Below, piece after piece: positions 60,569-64,000 of a DNA stretch of 64,000 bases; the first letter of the stretch is position 1, and each line of letters starts with the position of its first letter. Below the pieces are notes generated by a model that ran no database searches, was not told the DNA's origin, and saw only the letters and a program-made list of their open reading frames with translations. Source of the DNA: Candidatus Terraquivivens tengchongensis (GTDB taxonomy: Archaea > Thermoproteota > Nitrososphaeria_A > Caldarchaeales > Wolframiiraptoraceae); assembly GCA_023261845.1 (NCBI GenBank), contig JALNJZ010000003.1:32001-96000 (forward strand), given 5' to 3'. A program made the translations under genes and the position numbers.

Positions 60569-61566
60569 GATGAATCGACCATTAAAAAGTCCTTTGGATC
60601 GTTTCCGATGAATAATCTTAACTCTCCGTCACTTGATATCTCAAGTCTCCCCGAAGCTATGCCAACCTCACCATCACGAAGTTGTTCGGCAAATCTGCTT
60701 CTGAATGATACGATCGAGGATACCTTCGCTGAGATATCCGGCCCATCGATTACACCAATTACATCAACATCATAACGGCAAGGTGTGAAGATGCCCTTTG
60801 ATGCATCATTCGCTTGGAAGTGTATTGTGCTTCTACCGATTTCCTTAAAACTGCGCTCTCCGTATTTATCCCAAAACTCTTCTGGGAAAGGAACAAGCTT
60901 TAATGTGTAGGGTCTTCCCATGAATACTCCGTTTGTTAACTTTCTCCTCTCATGCATCTCCCATATGACAGATTCTACACAGGTATCAGACCTTGATTCC
61001 AAGACCTTTTCTAAAGCATTTCCAGAGAGACAGCTAGTCACGTTACTTTCACGCATAAGCTTTAGGGCATCGTAAACTTTCAGACAGTTCTCTATACCAT
61101 AAACTACGATGTCAACGTCAGAGGATTCGTTGTAAAGTCCTAAGAGGATGGAACCCGATACGCCAATAAAATCACTTCCTATCCCGGACTTTTCAACAAT
61201 TAGGCCCGTCATTCTAAGGGCGATGCTTGACGCCGCATCTTTTCTCAAACTATTCTTTCCATTGACCGGATCGTAAACTCTCTTAATCTCCTCAAAAGGT
61301 ACGAGCGGCACCTCCTGGCCTATATATTCATCATATACCAAAAATTCGCAAAAGTGTCTTCTGAGAAAATCCATTGAAGCATTGAAACTGTTCAACTTAA
61401 TGGTTGAACCTTCCGTCCTTAAATATTTTGGAACAGCTATGACGCCTTTAGGTGGGTGCGACACACCTTTCACTGCAAATATCGCACCATCTTTCACTTC
61501 GACATAACTACCCTCTATTAGGACTGGTCTTTTAGCGTTCAAATGCACCCCTACCCCCATACGCAT
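60565..61566 (-). CDS. COG1665-like predicted nucleotidyltransferase (paralog B)
   Basis: VKG.SHP...PKY, GVSGSIL...SDVDIVVYG, C-terminal OB-like domain. Confidence 0.8.
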   Translation of the reverse strand: MRMGVGVHLNAKRPVLIEGSYVEVKDGAIFAVKGVSHPPKGVIAVPKYLRTEGSTIKLNSFNASMDFLRRHFCEFLVYDEYIGQEVPLVPFEEIKRVYDPVNGKNSLRKDAASSIALRMTGLIVEKSGIGSDFIGVSGSILLGLYNESSDVDIVVYGIENCLKVYDALKLMRESNVTSCLSGNALEKVLESRSDTCVESVIWEMHERRKLTNGVFMGRPYTLKLVPFPEEFWDKYGERSFKEIGRSTIHFQANDASKGIFTPCRYDVDVIGVIDGPDISAKVSSIVSFRSRFAEQLRDGEVGIASGRLEISSDGELRLFIGNDPKDFLMVDSS

Positions 61567-61629
61567 TCATTGAGGATAAGCCTTTCTTGAGCAACCTTTA
61601 TTATTAGACTCCAGCTTATTACTTCAGCC

Positions 61630-62979
61630 TTGAACCCAATAACTTCGCTCGGCGAGCTCATAAAGCAGGCCATAAGCAAGTTCATGTCAGCGCCAGGAGT
61701 AGATAAAAATGTTGTCGAGGAACTCATAAGGGGTATACAAAGAGCTCTCCTAGTTTCGGATGTAAATGTCGAGCTCGTTATGAAGCTTTCAGAGAAGATA
61801 AGGAATAGGGCGCTGACAGAGAAAGTTCCGCCGGGTATTTCCAAGAAAGACCAAATCATAAAAATAGTGTACGAAGAACTCGTCTCGTTGTTAGGCGAGA
61901 AGCCCTATAAGTTTACCATAGATAAATCCAAGCAGTACGTAATCATGGTCGTTGGCATACAAGGACACGGAAAAACAACTACGGTTGCGAAACTGGCAAA
62001 TTATCTCAAGAAATTGGGCTACTCTGTAGGTGTGGTCTGTGCCGATACGTTTAGGACTGGAGCATACGAGCAATTAAGACAGCTCCTCGACGGAAGGGAT
62101 ATGCCCGTATACGGCATGCCTGGAGAACGTGATGCAATCACCATAGCTACAAAGGGCATTGAATATCTGTCTAAGCAACAAAAATGTAACGTTATACTTG
62201 TGGACACGGCTGGTAGGCACAAAGACCAACAATCATTAATGCAGGAAATGAAAGCGTTGGAAGAAAAGATTAAGCCTAACGAGATAATGCTGGTCTTGGA
62301 CGGAACGATAGGTCAGCAGGCTGGCACACACGCTGAGGCATTTCACAAAGCAACGCCGATAGGTTCCATAATAGTCACTAAGATGGACACGTCTGCGAAA
62401 GGTGGCGGTGCGCTGTCGGCTGTAGCGGCTACTGGAGCACAGATAAGATTCATAGGTACTGGTGAGAAGCTTGAAGATATAGAGGTATTCAACCCGCAAG
62501 GTTTCATCGGTAGGCTCCTGGGTATAGGCGACCTAGAGGGTTTGTTAGAAAGAATAAAGATTGCTGAATTAGAGCTTAGCAAAGAGAAGCTTAAGAGTTT
62601 TACAAGTGGCACGTTTACCCTAGAAGATTTCATAAAGCAGTTTAAAGAAATGAAAAAGCTGGGACCTTTAAAGAAAATATTATCAAAGCTACCTTTGCCC
62701 GGGCTTCCCAACTTACCTGATGAGGAGCTCGAAAAGGTTGAGGCCCAAATCGAAAAATGGTCGGCAATTCTACTTTCCATGACGCCCGAGGAAAGGGAGA
62801 ACCCCCACATCATAGACTCTTCGAGGATAAGGCGTATAGCTAGGGGATCTGGTGTGACAGAGAAGGACGTTAAGCACTTCCTCCAACAATATAATTTATT
62901 AAAGAGGATGATGAAATCCATAAAAAGATCTCCTTGGAAGCTACCGAAACATATGTTCAGCGCAGAATTAGAAGAATAA
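61630..62979 (+). CDS. srp54: Signal recognition particle protein SRP54
   Basis: GIQGHGKTTT, DTAGRH, TKMD, SMTPEE, RIARGSG. Confidence 0.97.
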   Translation: MNPITSLGELIKQAISKFMSAPGVDKNVVEELIRGIQRALLVSDVNVELVMKLSEKIRNRALTEKVPPGISKKDQIIKIVYEELVSLLGEKPYKFTIDKSKQYVIMVVGIQGHGKTTTVAKLANYLKKLGYSVGVVCADTFRTGAYEQLRQLLDGRDMPVYGMPGERDAITIATKGIEYLSKQQKCNVILVDTAGRHKDQQSLMQEMKALEEKIKPNEIMLVLDGTIGQQAGTHAEAFHKATPIGSIIVTKMDTSAKGGGALSAVAATGAQIRFIGTGEKLEDIEVFNPQGFIGRLLGIGDLEGLLERIKIAELELSKEKLKSFTSGTFTLEDFIKQFKEMKKLGPLKKILSKLPLPGLPNLPDEELEKVEAQIEKWSAILLSMTPEERENPHIIDSSRIRRIARGSGVTEKDVKHFLQQYNLLKRMMKSIKRSPWKLPKHMFSAELEE

Positions 62980-63002
62980 GCGCGCGAAGTTGGTGAATGC
63001 GA

Positions 63003-64000
63003 ATGGAGGAAATACTCAACTTAGCTTATAGAATGTTGCAGAAGTATGCGCTTTGTGATTACTGCCTCGGGAGACAGTTTGCAAGATTGCTATCCGGTGT
63101 GGGCAATAAAGCAAGGGGCGAGGCTCTTAAAGTTGTGTTGGCGATGGAGGCGAACATGAAGTTGCTCATGAACGATAAGGATGCGGCAAATGTTTTGAAG
63201 ATTGTCGCAGAAAACGGCATGAACAAGTATGCAAAAAAGCTTGCTAAGTCGCTTAATTACCAGATTAATGAAACTAAAACATGTTATGTATGCGAAGGCA
63301 AATTGATTGACGAGAACATTCGTCGCATGGCTGAAGAGATAATAGAAGAGTTAAAAGGATACGAGTTTTCGAACTTTCTAATAGGTGCATCCGTCCCAGC
63401 TCATGTAAAAGAAAGGGATGACCAAATAAAGGCTGAATTTGCTTTAACCTTCGGCGAGGAGATCAAGAGCGATATAACGAGAGAAATAGGAAAAATTATT
63501 GAAGGGGTCATGAGAAAACCTGTTGAGTTTGCCACACCAGATATAACAATAATCGTTGACATTTTTTCAGGGACGTTTACAATCAAATCAAACCCTGTAT
63601 TTATCAAGGGCTACTATAGGAAGTTGCAACCTAACATACCTCAAGCACCATGGATATGCAGGAAGTGTCGGGGTAAGGGATGTGACGCTTGTGGTCATAC
63701 TGGAAAAGAGTATCCTGATTCCATTAGCGAGCTTATAGGAGATCCGGCCTTAAGCCTCTTCGAAGCCCTTGACTACAAATTCCATGCGGCGGGAAGAGAA
63801 GATGTAGACGTAACGGTTCTTGGAACTGGAAGACCTTTCATCCTTGAGTTAAAATCACCGAGAAAGAGGTTTGTCCAGCTTAACCAACTACAAGACGCCA
63901 TAAATGAGCATGCGAAGGGTAAGGTTGAAGTCTCGTCCTTATCCTATGCAACAAAAAAAGATGTGAGGGATATGAAAGCAAAATCAGCAATCGCTTCAAA
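63003..64000 (+). CDS. pus10: tRNA pseudouridine 54/55 synthase Pus10; 3'-truncated by the window, absent from the ORF track
   Basis: LCDYCLGRQF, CYVC, GYYRKL...PQAPW, FHAAGREDVDV..LGTGRPF. Confidence 0.95.
   Translation, partial: MEEILNLAYRMLQKYALCDYCLGRQFARLLSGVGNKARGEALKVVLAMEANMKLLMNDKDAANVLKIVAENGMNKYAKKLAKSLNYQINETKTCYVCEGKLIDENIRRMAEEIIEELKGYEFSNFLIGASVPAHVKERDDQIKAEFALTFGEEIKSDITREIGKIIEGVMRKPVEFATPDITIIVDIFSGTFTIKSNPVFIKGYYRKLQPNIPQAPWICRKCRGKGCDACGHTGKEYPDSISELIGDPALSLFEALDYKFHAAGREDVDVTVLGTGRPFILELKSPRKRFVQLNQLQDAINEHAKGKVEVSSLSYATKKDVRDMKAKSAIAS

Noticed and set aside
57901-61566. MNT-HEPN toxin-antitoxin or CBASS defence locus
   Set aside because: No HEPN or effector gene, proteins are much larger than MNTs, and the context is housekeeping; a CD-NTase fold is not excluded without a structure search

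Overview
Archaeal chromosomal window, densely coding. Gene content (short XPF, ESCRT-III/CdvB paralog, aCPSF1-psmB, tail-less uL10/P0, Dph5-DUF357 fusion, BHB tRNA introns) points to a TACK archaeon, most like a deep-branching thermophilic Nitrososphaerota/'Aigarchaeota' lineage (inference). Most genes are housekeeping: TusA-IscS-IscU with ThiF, pyrG, a DtxR-regulated metal ABC operon, thermosome, rpoK, ino1, topoisomerase IA, secE-spt5-L11-L1-L10, NAC/PUA/HflX/MBF1, Lsm-L37e, SRP54 and Pus10. There are four tRNAs, two with introns. No CRISPR array, integrase or transposase was seen. Three leads stand out. (1) An unannotated ~207-nt, ~64% GC, multi-helix RNA with its own BRE/TATA promoter at 49661-49867; it lacks SRP, RNase P and tRNA motifs and converges on a PD-(D/E)XK-like gene. 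(2) An ArsR-HTH/ATP-cone/degenerate class III ribonucleotide-reductase fusion that looks like a nucleotide-sensing regulator and may start at a non-AUG codon. (3) A locus with three nucleotidyltransferases, one fused to a kinase, next to SRP54-Pus10. All calls come from motif recognition by eye; no database searches were run.
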